From positions 1 to 64,000 of the forward strand of contig NJBH01000007.1 of the NCBI GenBank assembly GCA_005223125.1: a stretch of 64,000 nucleotides of DNA. Reading direction: 5' to 3'. The DNA is from Promethearchaeota archaeon Loki_b32. Lineage in GTDB: Archaea > Asgardarchaeota > Lokiarchaeia > Sigyniarchaeales > SOKP01. Of the stretch, positions 10,163 through 19,559 are shown piece by piece; position 1 is the stretch's first letter; each line of letters begins with the position of its first letter. Made by a program: the position numbers and the translations under genes. A model generated the notes under the pieces. The model was given only the letters and a program-made list of their open reading frames with translations, searched no databases and had not been told where the DNA came from.

Positions 10163-10837
10163 GTGTTTAAAATAACAGCTTTAGAAAAATTAACGAGAAC
10201 AAAATTAATATCCTTAGCTAAAGAATGTGGTATTACGCTTAAAACTCAATATAAATTAAATAAATTAGATATTATAAGAATAATTAGAAAGTCTAAAATT
10301 GAAAAGAACAAGCTACAAGACATATTTTTACAATATGTAAATTTATATTACTGTGAATTTTGTAGACAGGATCATTATTTTAACAGCGATATAGGAAGAA
10401 GACATCTAAACTATACAAAAGAATTAAAAGCAGAAAGATATAGAGCTGCTAATCAAAAAACAATCAGATCGAGTAATAATCATGTCATTTGTAAACATTG
10501 TGGAAAGAAATATATGGATGAAAAGTTTTTAAAAAAGCATATAAATAATGCTCATTTTGCTCCAATCGATTTACACAGAATGTCTCTTAAAGAAGCAATT
10601 TTTTATGTAGAGGAAAAATTAGAGGAGTGTATTGATCGTGGAATAGGTGGCTTAAAATTAATACATGGATATCATCATGGCACAATACTTCAAGAATATT
10701 TCCGTTCTGAAAAGTTCAAAATAGATATGAAGCGCGTTGGGCTTTTTATAAGTATATCCAATATTAGAGACTTAGGTTATACACTAGTAAAAATTAATAT
10801 GGAAGAGCTTCAAAAATGTAAGTATCATCTATCTTAA
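10163..10837 (+). CDS. Smr-domain protein with N-terminal helix-extension-helix-like segment and zinc fingers
   Basis: IDLHRMSLKEA...LKLIHGYHHG Smr motif; CEFC and CKHCGKKY...LKKHINNAH C2H2 finger. Confidence 0.8.
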   Translation: MFKITALEKLTRTKLISLAKECGITLKTQYKLNKLDIIRIIRKSKIEKNKLQDIFLQYVNLYYCEFCRQDHYFNSDIGRRHLNYTKELKAERYRAANQKTIRSSNNHVICKHCGKKYMDEKFLKKHINNAHFAPIDLHRMSLKEAIFYVEEKLEECIDRGIGGLKLIHGYHHGTILQEYFRSEKFKIDMKRVGLFISISNIRDLGYTLVKINMEELQKCKYHLS

Positions 10838-10908
10838 ATAGGTTAGGAAATGTTGAAAATGATATAAAATTAACAAATTATAATAGAAATATTAAAATTA
10901 ATTATTAT

Positions 10909-11565
10909 TTGAAGAATCTAAAAGGGTCAATTTTGAAAAAAGAAGAAAGATCTTTCGATAATAGAGCTGAATTTAGAAAAAGCGTAAGAGATTTATTGAA
11001 GAAACATAAGAGATTAGATCGAATCAAACTTTTTTGCCCTTCTTGTGAATCTCAATCAATATCTATTGCAATTAACAAAAATGTAACCGAAGTAAAATGC
11101 TCTACCTGTTTTATTACAGAAAGGATAAAAAAAAAGTACATCGCTTACGATCTAATTGATATATATGGAGATTTCCTTGATCTAATTAATGCAGACCAAG
11201 AGATTCAGAAATTAGAAAAGCGTATTATAGAATTAAAGAAAGAAAGTAAGTATGAATTAAAAAAAGATAACGAGTATAGTAGTAAAGTGCTCTGCTACTC
11301 AAAAATATCGGATATATGTAGGGCAAAAACGGCATCACTAGAGTTGTTACTAGAGGACAAGGACGATGTTGATAAGGAGGAGAAAGATAATTGGAAAATA
11401 AAATTAGAAAAGTATAAGAGACTTGAAAAAGAAGCAGAGAATAACTTAGAAAGAGAAAATAAAATCAATGAAGAATCTTTATTTACTGAAAGTGAAAAAA
11501 ATGATAAAAAGGAAGAGAAGAAGATAGTTGATATATTTTCAGACCCGGGGTTTTTAGATTTTTAA
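10909..11565 (+). CDS. Diverged paralogue of the extended Elf1 at 23497..24075
   Basis: FCPSC...VKCSTC zinc ribbon, IDIYGDFLD, EESLFTESE, DIFSDPGFLDF all match the Elf1 gene. Confidence 0.8.
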   Translation: MKNLKGSILKKEERSFDNRAEFRKSVRDLLKKHKRLDRIKLFCPSCESQSISIAINKNVTEVKCSTCFITERIKKKYIAYDLIDIYGDFLDLINADQEIQKLEKRIIELKKESKYELKKDNEYSSKVLCYSKISDICRAKTASLELLLEDKDDVDKEEKDNWKIKLEKYKRLEKEAENNLERENKINEESLFTESEKNDKKEEKKIVDIFSDPGFLDF

Positions 11566-11620
11566 GAAGAATTGAAAAACTAATCGAAAAACAAGAAAAA
11601 AGCTAAGGGGAGAAGTAAAA

Positions 11621-11938
11621 ATACCAAAAAGAAAGGTAAAAGACCCCATTGTCATTAGGAGGAATATTGATGAAGCTTTAAAGCGAATTCACCGATCTCA
11701 AGGAGTTTTTTACTGTGCGTGTGGAATTTATCGTTCAAAAAAAAAGAATTTAATTTACCATCTTAGTCAAAATCCTGATTGTGTTTCAAGATTACTAAAA
11801 ATAGAATTCGATAAAGGAGAAACAAGTTTGTATAAATTTTCTTCCTTATCAAGTTTAGAAAATAATATATGTGATATTTGTGGTCGAGAATGCGCTAATG
11901 AAGCGGGTGTAAGGATTCATAAGAGCAAAGTACATTGA
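11621..11938 (+). CDS. Zinc-finger protein (C2HC-like plus C2H2) not listed in the ORF track; probable ATA start
   Basis: Frame open 11576-11938: ...YCACG...IYHLSQNPDC...CDICGRECANEAGVRIHKSKVH*; GGGGAG lies 8 nt before ATA-CCA-AAA-AGA-AAG. Confidence 0.6.
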   Translation: MPKRKVKDPIVIRRNIDEALKRIHRSQGVFYCACGIYRSKKKNLIYHLSQNPDCVSRLLKIEFDKGETSLYKFSSLSSLENNICDICGRECANEAGVRIHKSKVH

Positions 11939-12122
11939 GTGTGAATATTAAAATTTGAAGAAAGTAATTTTCATCCCAAAAAAAAAGTTAAAAAGAAAGC
12001 GCGAACTTCTAAATGAAAAGAGATTCTCTCAACATTATCTACAATATTACATAAAAGTTCAAGATTTTCTTCAAGGTCTTCTATTTTTTTTTAAGTATAT
12101 CTTTTTGTCTTTTTGGATCCAT

Positions 12123-13175
12123 TTAAAAATATCTCTCTTTAGTGCTTTTTATAAATTCCCATAAATATCTTAGACGAGATTTTTCCATCATTTTATCAAT
12201 GAATGTCTCATAAGCACCCCAACCTTGTTTAATCAACTCATGAGATTTCTCTTCTTCCTGTTCCATTACCCATTTATTATGAATTGCTCTAATTTTCCAA
12301 TCAGAACATAAATGTTTCCATCTGCGATATCCATGTTTGGATATTTTTCGGCATTCGGGGCACCTACATTCGACTAATTTTTTCTTTTCATCATCAGAAA
12401 AGATTTTATTATAAGTCAATCCATTTTTAGTTTTTAATCCAAAAGTAGCACTTCCATTACCTGCATATCTTTCTGCTGTTTGGGGTAATACAATTTTTCC
12501 ATATGCTGCTTTTCTTCTATAACCTGAAGAATCAGAACTTTTTATTTCGCAAAAAGCTGCAAAATGATAAGTTAATGGAGATGCTCCAACACCAAAAACA
12601 TGAATATCAATATCTAATTTTTTTCCTAATGAACTAAGGTATAGAAATGCCTCGTAAATATTTTTATTTGGTTGGCGATCACCAAAAAAGCCCTTGAAGT
12701 TTTCTTTAAGGATAAAAGCACTTCCTAAGGCAATATAGTTAAAATCCTTTTTTTGTAAAACATGAATGTTTTTATCTAAAGTAGTTTTATTCCATCCATG
12801 TAATGCGGGAATAAGATTAAGATTTGTACTATTATCCCAATAATCAATGTTTTCTATGGTTTTCTGCCAATTGTTCTTCATCTTCCTAATATCCATTTGA
12901 GGATCTAAAGGGTAATCAAAAGGAACTGTATATCTTGGTTTTAATTTCTCTTGAATATCAATAATTGTATCTAAATTAATAGATACCTTTTTCTTCTTTT
13001 GATGATAATTATTTTTAAAGATAGCAAAAGCACCATTGTCTAAAAATAAATTTTCATATGGATATTTTATTTTAGGCTCATCTGATTTCAAAAAGTTATA
13101 TACACTATCCATGACATTGCCATGTTGTATTCCTTCTATGAAATTATTTCCTAATTCCCCTGCCCAATAGTCCAT
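12123..13175 (-). CDS. tRNA-guanine transglycosylase-fold protein without PUA domain (DpdA-like candidate)
   Basis: LFLDNGAF, VPFDYP, IALGS, IHVFGVG, SSDSS (catalytic Asp positions), Zn site CRCPEC...HN. Confidence 0.8.
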   Translation of the reverse strand: MDYWAGELGNNFIEGIQHGNVMDSVYNFLKSDEPKIKYPYENLFLDNGAFAIFKNNYHQKKKKVSINLDTIIDIQEKLKPRYTVPFDYPLDPQMDIRKMKNNWQKTIENIDYWDNSTNLNLIPALHGWNKTTLDKNIHVLQKKDFNYIALGSAFILKENFKGFFGDRQPNKNIYEAFLYLSSLGKKLDIDIHVFGVGASPLTYHFAAFCEIKSSDSSGYRRKAAYGKIVLPQTAERYAGNGSATFGLKTKNGLTYNKIFSDDEKKKLVECRCPECRKISKHGYRRWKHLCSDWKIRAIHNKWVMEQEEEKSHELIKQGWGAYETFIDKMMEKSRLRYLWEFIKSTKERYF

Positions 13176-13183
13176 AAAAATCC

Positions 13184-13786
13184 TTATTTTACTGACTTAA
13201 GTTTTTCATCTAATTTTTTTAAATTATCTTCTAAAATTAATAATAAATCAGTGTCTGCTGTCTCATGCAATTTTCCAGATATTTTTATAACTTCAAAATT
13301 TAAACCTAATTTATTGAAAGCAATTTCTAATGATTTAAGCGATTCTGAGCCATTTCTTAAATAAGATATGAATTTAATATAATCATTAATTTTTTTAGCG
13401 TTAAAAAAACCAAATATTCTTTTACTTATAATCTCAATATATTCTTTTTTAATTTTATCAGTTTCAAATAGAGGATTCCAATCATAAGAATCAAAAGGAT
13501 ATCTATCACAGAATTCATAGGGTATTATACCTGCATTGGAGATTATGATTTTTTGGATATTTTTATATTTATCAATAACTTCATTAAAAGCACGATGGAT
13601 TGGTGAATTATAATAAGGTTTTATAGCAGCACACGGTAAAAATATTATGGTTTTGGTATTCTCTTTTATTATATAATCCTCCTTAAAATAGGATTGCCAA
13701 ATCTCAAAATGAGGATGGATCAATTGTGCCTTCCCCACGCCATTTAATCCAATGAAATCTTTTTCTAATATATCTGGTGGTTTCAT
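13184..13786 (-). CDS. Stand-alone ArcS catalytic-domain (DUF5591-like) protein
   Basis: PCAAIKPYYNSPIH matches the ArcS motif PC-X3-KPY-X2-S-X2-H; also GIIPYE...YPFDSYDW. Confidence 0.75.
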   Translation of the reverse strand: MKPPDILEKDFIGLNGVGKAQLIHPHFEIWQSYFKEDYIIKENTKTIIFLPCAAIKPYYNSPIHRAFNEVIDKYKNIQKIIISNAGIIPYEFCDRYPFDSYDWNPLFETDKIKKEYIEIISKRIFGFFNAKKINDYIKFISYLRNGSESLKSLEIAFNKLGLNFEVIKISGKLHETADTDLLLILEDNLKKLDEKLKSVK

Positions 13787-13869
13787 AATCGTTTATAATC
13801 TTAAAAGGAAATTTAATATTATTACTAAAATAAACAATTTAATTTAATTAAACATTTAGGAGAGGTTCC

Positions 13870-14328
13870 TTAAATCTTTTCTGACGGATCATCCCAAACC
13901 TTTCCAATAATAAAATCATGATTAGTAACATGAGAAAAATATGATGGTTTCTTGTTTGTTATTATATTTCTAATGTAATTATCAAATGTAATCACAAATT
14001 CTTTCAAATGTTCTAATTTACCTAAATATTCATAAAGAATCATAGCCCCAACAGCAGAATTTCTTAATTTTGGTTTAGATATTCCTGGTATATCAATTTT
14101 TAATGGATTTTTAATTAGTGAATAGTGAAGTGGAGTAATTATTTCAGTATTATAATTACTCATTTCTTTCATTTTCTTCGGAATATTTGGGCTGCCTCTA
14201 CCGCTTGGATATTTTGGGGGACATATTCCTAAAAAAGCTTGTCTAATTGAATTTGGAACATTTTTCGATTTTTGTGAATCATATTGAAATTCAATAATTA
14301 CTAAAATATATCTAGTTTTATATTTCAT
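13870..14328 (-). CDS. Hypothetical protein, paralogue of 16553..17014
   Basis: Shared Y..V.IEF.YDS..SKN.PN..R.AFLGI.PPK.P.GRGSP and SLIK.P.KID.PG....KL.N.AVG..ILYEY.G.LE. Confidence 0.75.
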   Translation of the reverse strand: MKYKTRYILVIIEFQYDSQKSKNVPNSIRQAFLGICPPKYPSGRGSPNIPKKMKEMSNYNTEIITPLHYSLIKNPLKIDIPGISKPKLRNSAVGAMILYEYLGKLEHLKEFVITFDNYIRNIITNKKPSYFSHVTNHDFIIGKVWDDPSEKI

Positions 14329-14422
14329 GTAATATGGTGATGGTATTTTAAATTCTTCTATTTTTAAACTTCATTTTAGGTTAAAAAGTTTGAAAATGAA
14401 GATATTTAATATTAATACAAAT

Positions 14423-16432
14423 CTAAATCTCTTCTTTTATTAAATCTTCATCAGTAACCCTGGTTAATATCACAAACCAATCATTTTCCTTAGCTATATT
14501 CTTTAAATAATTATAGAAAATTTCTCTACGTTCATTATCCATTTTTAAAATTATATCATCTCCAACAATAAAGGGTATCTCTGGATTATATGTTTCTTTA
14601 GCAGATATTTGTAATAATGATGAAACAATAACTCTCTCACCCGCGCTCAGAGAATTTATTGCTTGTGGATTAGGATTACCTTTTCTAATAATTTTTAATT
14701 TATTATTATCTTCAATATCTAGATATATTTTTTCGAACTTCGGCAATTTAAGTTCCTCTATTATTTTTTCAATATTTTTATTGAATTTATGTGCGGCTCC
14801 TTCTCGTTGTTCTTTTATATTTTTTTCTAGATGAGAATTAATAGTAGTAAATATTTCATCAAATTCTTGAACAATTTTTTTTGCTTTTAGAAGATCAAAT
14901 TCTTGTTTTAAAATTTCTATACTTTTACAATCATCTATATTTAATTCTAAATTTGAGATTTGGTTTTCAATAGCACCCTTTTTCGTATTTTGTTTTTTTG
15001 TTTCTTCCCTTGTTTTGTTTATTTGAGTATCATCAATTATTTGTTTCTCGAGTTCATTTCTTTTTTCTACTAATTGATTAATGGTTTTCTTCCGACTCTC
15101 AATGATTTTTGTAAACTTCTTTACTTCCATATCTTCCTTATTTTTTTGTTCTTCTTTACTACTATTTTCTTCTGCAAGTTCTATTAATTTACTTCTTAAT
15201 AATTCAATTTTTTTCTTTACATCAGGAAGGTTTGCTTTTTTTGCTTTTTCTTTCTGTTTAATATTTATAATTTCCTTATTATCTTCGATCTGAGTTTCTA
15301 AATCTCTATAATTTTTGCGATAAGGAGTTAATTCATCTTGTGTACTTTTTAAATCATTTTCAATATCGTTTCTATCTATTTCTTTACCCCCACAAACCCA
15401 ACAGATTACTTTAGTTTCTTTGGTCTTATCCAATTCTCTTAAAATACCTTCATACTTCTTCTCGTGGTTTTCTAGTATACTAATCTCGGGTAATAATAAC
15501 TTTTGTTTTTCAAAATTCTTCTCATTTTCTTCATGTAGTTGATTTATTTCATTATTTAATTTACTCATATCTATTTTCATATAATCGTTTTTTTCCTGTT
15601 CCAATTTATCCATATTTTTTGTTTCATCTTCAATTGTATTTTTGTTTTCTTTTATCTTCTTATCTAAATCATTAACAGTTTTCTTTAGACTTAGGAATTT
15701 CTTCTCAGTATCTGAATTCAATCTTTGTTTATCCTTGATTTCTTCAATAATTTCCTTACGTTTTTTTTTCATTTCTGTATTCGATTCAATTTTTTCTAGC
15801 TCCTTTTCAATATTAACTTCCAGCTGTCCTATTTTCTTTATAACTTCCTCAAGTTCCGTTTTATTCTTTTTTAATTCTCCCTCAAACTTCTTTTTATTAT
15901 TCTCCTTTGTCTCAATTTCTTCCTTTTTAGCAGTAATTAAATCTGAATAAGATCCAACAATGTCTTCTATTGATTCATAATCTTTTGCTAAGGACATTTC
16001 AGTTACTATCCATGAAAAATCAGATAATCCATGATCAATATAATTCTGTATTTTAGAATTTTCTACTAGCATACTACAATAAATAAATTTTTGGTTACCA
16101 GGAATATTTATTTTTTCAGAACCATCTCGATTTAGTTCAATAAATTTTTTAACATCATCATAATGAAGTTCAATATTGGCTTTTTCTTTATTATAATTTA
16201 AGAGGGGTGAAAATATTGCATTATCTGCTTTGGCAATTCCAAAGCTTATAGCAGTATTCCTAATTTCTTCTGAGTTTATTGGAATTGATAAAGCTAATGC
16301 ACAAGATTTAAGTATTCTGCTTTTGCCAGAAGCTGTTCGTCCTCTGATCTCTGTTACTACGCCACTATTAAATTCCCAAGTTTCTTCCCCTTCTCTTTGC
16401 CCAATATTCACTAATTTTAAGACTGCTTTCAT
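14423..16432 (-). CDS. Archaea-specific SMC-related ATPase (ClsN/Sph/Rad50-like) with zinc hook
   Basis: N-terminal NIG...GRTASGKS Walker A, long coiled coils, CWVCG hook, LSAGER signature, PFIVGDD Walker B. Confidence 0.85.
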   Translation of the reverse strand: MKAVLKLVNIGQREGEETWEFNSGVVTEIRGRTASGKSRILKSCALALSIPINSEEIRNTAISFGIAKADNAIFSPLLNYNKEKANIELHYDDVKKFIELNRDGSEKINIPGNQKFIYCSMLVENSKIQNYIDHGLSDFSWIVTEMSLAKDYESIEDIVGSYSDLITAKKEEIETKENNKKKFEGELKKNKTELEEVIKKIGQLEVNIEKELEKIESNTEMKKKRKEIIEEIKDKQRLNSDTEKKFLSLKKTVNDLDKKIKENKNTIEDETKNMDKLEQEKNDYMKIDMSKLNNEINQLHEENEKNFEKQKLLLPEISILENHEKKYEGILRELDKTKETKVICWVCGGKEIDRNDIENDLKSTQDELTPYRKNYRDLETQIEDNKEIINIKQKEKAKKANLPDVKKKIELLRSKLIELAEENSSKEEQKNKEDMEVKKFTKIIESRKKTINQLVEKRNELEKQIIDDTQINKTREETKKQNTKKGAIENQISNLELNIDDCKSIEILKQEFDLLKAKKIVQEFDEIFTTINSHLEKNIKEQREGAAHKFNKNIEKIIEELKLPKFEKIYLDIEDNNKLKIIRKGNPNPQAINSLSAGERVIVSSLLQISAKETYNPEIPFIVGDDIILKMDNERREIFYNYLKNIAKENDWFVILTRVTDEDLIKEEI

Positions 16433-16566
16433 TGTTGCTTTTCACCAAGATATTTCTCTATTTTATTTCGAAATTCTTTAATAAAAATTGCTTCATCTAA
16501 ACCTTCTCGAACTGAAGATTCAATATACTCAACAATTTCATCAATTAGTTTTTTATTTTGCGACAT
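16429..16566 (-). CDS. 45-aa helical microprotein coupled to the SMC-like gene (not in ORF track)
   Basis: MSQNKKLIDEIVEYIESSVREGLDEAIFIKEFRNKIEKYLGEKQQ*; stop overlaps the SMC ATG (ATGA); start overlaps the upstream gene. Confidence 0.6.
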   Translation of the reverse strand: MSQNKKLIDEIVEYIESSVREGLDEAIFIKEFRNKIEKYLGEKQQ

Positions 16567-17014
16567 CCTTTAAATCATAACCTATAATTAGTTTAATTGA
16601 AGTGATTTCTGAATACCATTTTGGTTTTTCACTTTTTTTTTCTAAAAATTCAGCTATCTTAAGGCAACAATCTTTATAATCTTCAAGAAGACCAATATAT
16701 TCATAAAGAATAATTGTTCCTACAGCTGTATTTTTTAATTTATATTCTCTTTCTCCAGGCAAATCGATTTTTACTGGCTTCTTAATTAAAGAGAAGTAGA
16801 TTGGATATAGAACTTCTTCATTAGGATTGCATAAGTTATTAAGATCTCTTAAAATTGGACTCCCTCTCCCTTTTGGGTGTTTAGGAGGATATATCCCTAA
16901 AAATGCTTCTCTAACTTCGTTTGGTATATTTTTACTACTCTTAGAGTCATATTTAAACTCAATAACTACAGAGAGATATTTTGTATCATAGTCTAAATCA
17001 AACACTTTTGCCAC
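16553..17014 (-). CDS. Hypothetical protein, paralogue of 13870..14328
   Basis: High similarity to 13870..14328; GTG start. Confidence 0.75.
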   Translation of the reverse strand: MAKVFDLDYDTKYLSVVIEFKYDSKSSKNIPNEVREAFLGIYPPKHPKGRGSPILRDLNNLCNPNEEVLYPIYFSLIKKPVKIDLPGEREYKLKNTAVGTIILYEYIGLLEDYKDCCLKIAEFLEKKSEKPKWYSEITSIKLIIGYDLKDVAK

Positions 17015-17024
17015 CTTTTTCTAT

Positions 17025-18214
17025 TTAATCTTTTAAAATATTCTTATCTTTTAATATTTTACTTAAATCTTTTATTATTTTAATGAAATTAACGAATTCA
17101 TCGTTACTCGATTGAAGATAATCATTTTTTAAACCCTCTCGATGTTCTAGGATTTCTTTAATCAAACTTAAGATTGGTATTAATTTTGATGAATGATTAA
17201 CTAATTCATCGAAATCTTTAACATTGATATCTAAATCTAGTTTTTGTAAGTTATCATCACTTTCGTTTAAATTTTCATAACTTGTAACTGGCGTACTAAG
17301 GATTTCTTGCCGATCAACATGAATTTCCGTCCCTCCAACAAGTTCTAATGATCGGTATAGCATGTTAAAATCTAATTTTTCGGTGATTGGAAATGCACCA
17401 ACAGCTTTGAATAATGCTACTCTAATACCTCTTTCAATATCAGAACCAGAATACCCATGGGTTAATGTTATCACCCCATTTACATCCTGTCGTCTTAATT
17501 CTTCTATTAAAAAATCATCATTTCTTATAAGATCACTACTTTCTTCAATCTCTTTCTCAATTGAATAAATTTTTTCGTATTCTATATCGATTTCATCAAA
17601 TATTAAAGCATCAACATGTATTTCAGCATCACTTATTCTGTTTATGAATGATTTTAACATTTTTGTTCTAAACTCGTAGCTAAGGGAAGACCTTTATAAT
17701 TAACAATATCGATTGTCTGTAAAAAGGCAATCACAGCTCGTTTAATCTCCCCAACTTCATGTACATTAGACCTTTCGGACCCAATAGCATCAATTTCATC
17801 AAAGAATAATATGAAGTTACCATTCCCTTCAGCTATATCCGCAGCTGTTTCTATCACTTGACGAATATTTCTTATTGTATCCCCTAATAATGATGAAACC
17901 AATCTATTAGATTCTACAACACAAACTGGAATCTTATATTTTTGAGCAAAAGCCCTTGTTAATGAGGTTTTTCCTGTACCTGGGGGACCAAATAATAGCA
18001 TTGTTAAATTGGGTGCTAATTTTGTATTTTTTAATCTCTCAGCGAAACGTTCATAATTATCTAATGCTCTAAAAAAATCTTCTAATCTTTCCTTTTGTTC
18101 TTCATTACCAATAATATCATCTACTTCTTCAATTATATCCATTTCAAAGTAAACAGTACCATAATTACCTAGCATTGCTTTAATTTCTTCATGATTATAT
18201 TTATCTTGAGAAAT
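17025..18214 (-). pseudogene. AAA+ ATPase broken by an internal deletion/frameshift near 17660-17680
   Basis: GPPGTGKT and FFDEIDAIG in 17654..18175; the lid (THGYSGSDIER) is in another frame (17025..17660); the sensor-1/Arg-finger segment is missing between GLPLA and YEFRTKML. Confidence 0.7.
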
Positions 18215-18228
18215 TTTTACTCATCCTC

Positions 18229-19533
18229 TTATTTTTTTTCTTTATTAATTTTTTCGCAAAATAATGCTATTTCATTAATTAAATCTTTCAAATTATCAAT
18301 TTGAGAACCAATAAAATTGAAGATCTCCTTTCTGTATTGTACACTATCCCGGATCTTCATTTTATCCATTCCTAAATAATTTGGAAAACATGACAATTTC
18401 ATTAAATTTGGTAAAATTTTTTCATTAGTTTGTAAATCTTTAAAAATACTATAGAAGATATTATCATCTGAAAGTTTCCATTTTAAAATACCCATATAAA
18501 TTAATAACGCAAAATTCATTGAGATCCAGTTTACCAATTCTTTTGATAAAAATCCCCTTCTTATAGAAGCAATGGCTAAATAATATAATAAGAGTGTTTC
18601 ATTACTAAATTGAGGGATATATCTTGTTTTACCATCCTTCTGAATATCTTCTCTTAAGAAATTATTAGCTAATAAAATATCAACAAATGATTCTTGTGGA
18701 GCTAAAAAAATCTCATCGATTATTCGTAACCCTATTCTTTCAGCAATACTTTTTACCGCTTCTTCTTCAGCATTAGCTATTGAGTCAATATATGGCTCAA
18801 ATACGTCATTTGTTAAAAGCATTGGAATCTCATAATTAGTTTTTTCAGGGAAATCACCATAATTGGGGTCTAAATTGTAAAGAGAAGTAATATTATTAAT
18901 AATTTGATACACTTTTGGAGAAACACTGGGAATAATGAAATAATCTGGATTTTTTAATTTATCTCGATAAAATGTATGTGTTAATAATATATGCCTTTGA
19001 CACTCATAATAGTCTTTAGATTTATCTAATAATTTCTTATAAATCGTTTGTAAATTGAATCCTCTTGGAAATACAATTTCTTCAATAAACTTAACTAATC
19101 GATATAGATATGTATTTTGGAAGTTTTTTTGATCAGGATTAGTAATTTGCTGTAAAATTTTTAGAGCTTCAATGGATTCTTTTAAATGCTCTATAATAAA
19201 ATCTTTTATCTCAATTGTTGAGATTTTATTTCTAAATTTAATTATAAAATTCTTTATTATCTCATAAATATTAGATCTATACATTGCTGAAAATTCTGAT
19301 AAGGCTCTTACTTTTCGAATGTTCCTTTTTTCCTCTTCTTCACGTATTTTATCCAATATTTCTAACTCAGGATCTAAAAATAACTCGTGATCTAGATCGA
19401 TAATAATCCTACGAGTTTCTCTCAATATAGGTCTCATATGGCTAATGAAGGTTAGATATCTAGGTAAAATGTCTGTCCACTTTTCCCTCCTTCTACCCGG
19501 CCTAATCCTTTCCCTAAATTTCTTACTACTAAT
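18229..19533 (-). CDS. Hypothetical protein (ORF-track ATG at 19437; frame extends to an SD-preceded ATT at 19533)
   Basis: Long ORF inside the minus-strand gene run; no motif recognised. Confidence 0.65.
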   Translation of the reverse strand: MSSKKFRERIRPGRRREKWTDILPRYLTFISHMRPILRETRRIIIDLDHELFLDPELEILDKIREEEEKRNIRKVRALSEFSAMYRSNIYEIIKNFIIKFRNKISTIEIKDFIIEHLKESIEALKILQQITNPDQKNFQNTYLYRLVKFIEEIVFPRGFNLQTIYKKLLDKSKDYYECQRHILLTHTFYRDKLKNPDYFIIPSVSPKVYQIINNITSLYNLDPNYGDFPEKTNYEIPMLLTNDVFEPYIDSIANAEEEAVKSIAERIGLRIIDEIFLAPQESFVDILLANNFLREDIQKDGKTRYIPQFSNETLLLYYLAIASIRRGFLSKELVNWISMNFALLIYMGILKWKLSDDNIFYSIFKDLQTNEKILPNLMKLSCFPNYLGMDKMKIRDSVQYRKEIFNFIGSQIDNLKDLINEIALFCEKINKEKK

Positions 19534-19559
19534 TATTATCTCCTCATTTTCTTTAATTC

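Noticed and set aside
11955-12164. 69-aa plus-strand ORF
   Set aside because: Low-complexity sequence overlapping the end of the TGT gene; no supporting motif
3220-14420. Island as an integrated mobile element
   Set aside because: No integrase or transposase, no adjacent tRNA, and I found no att-like direct repeats at the edges
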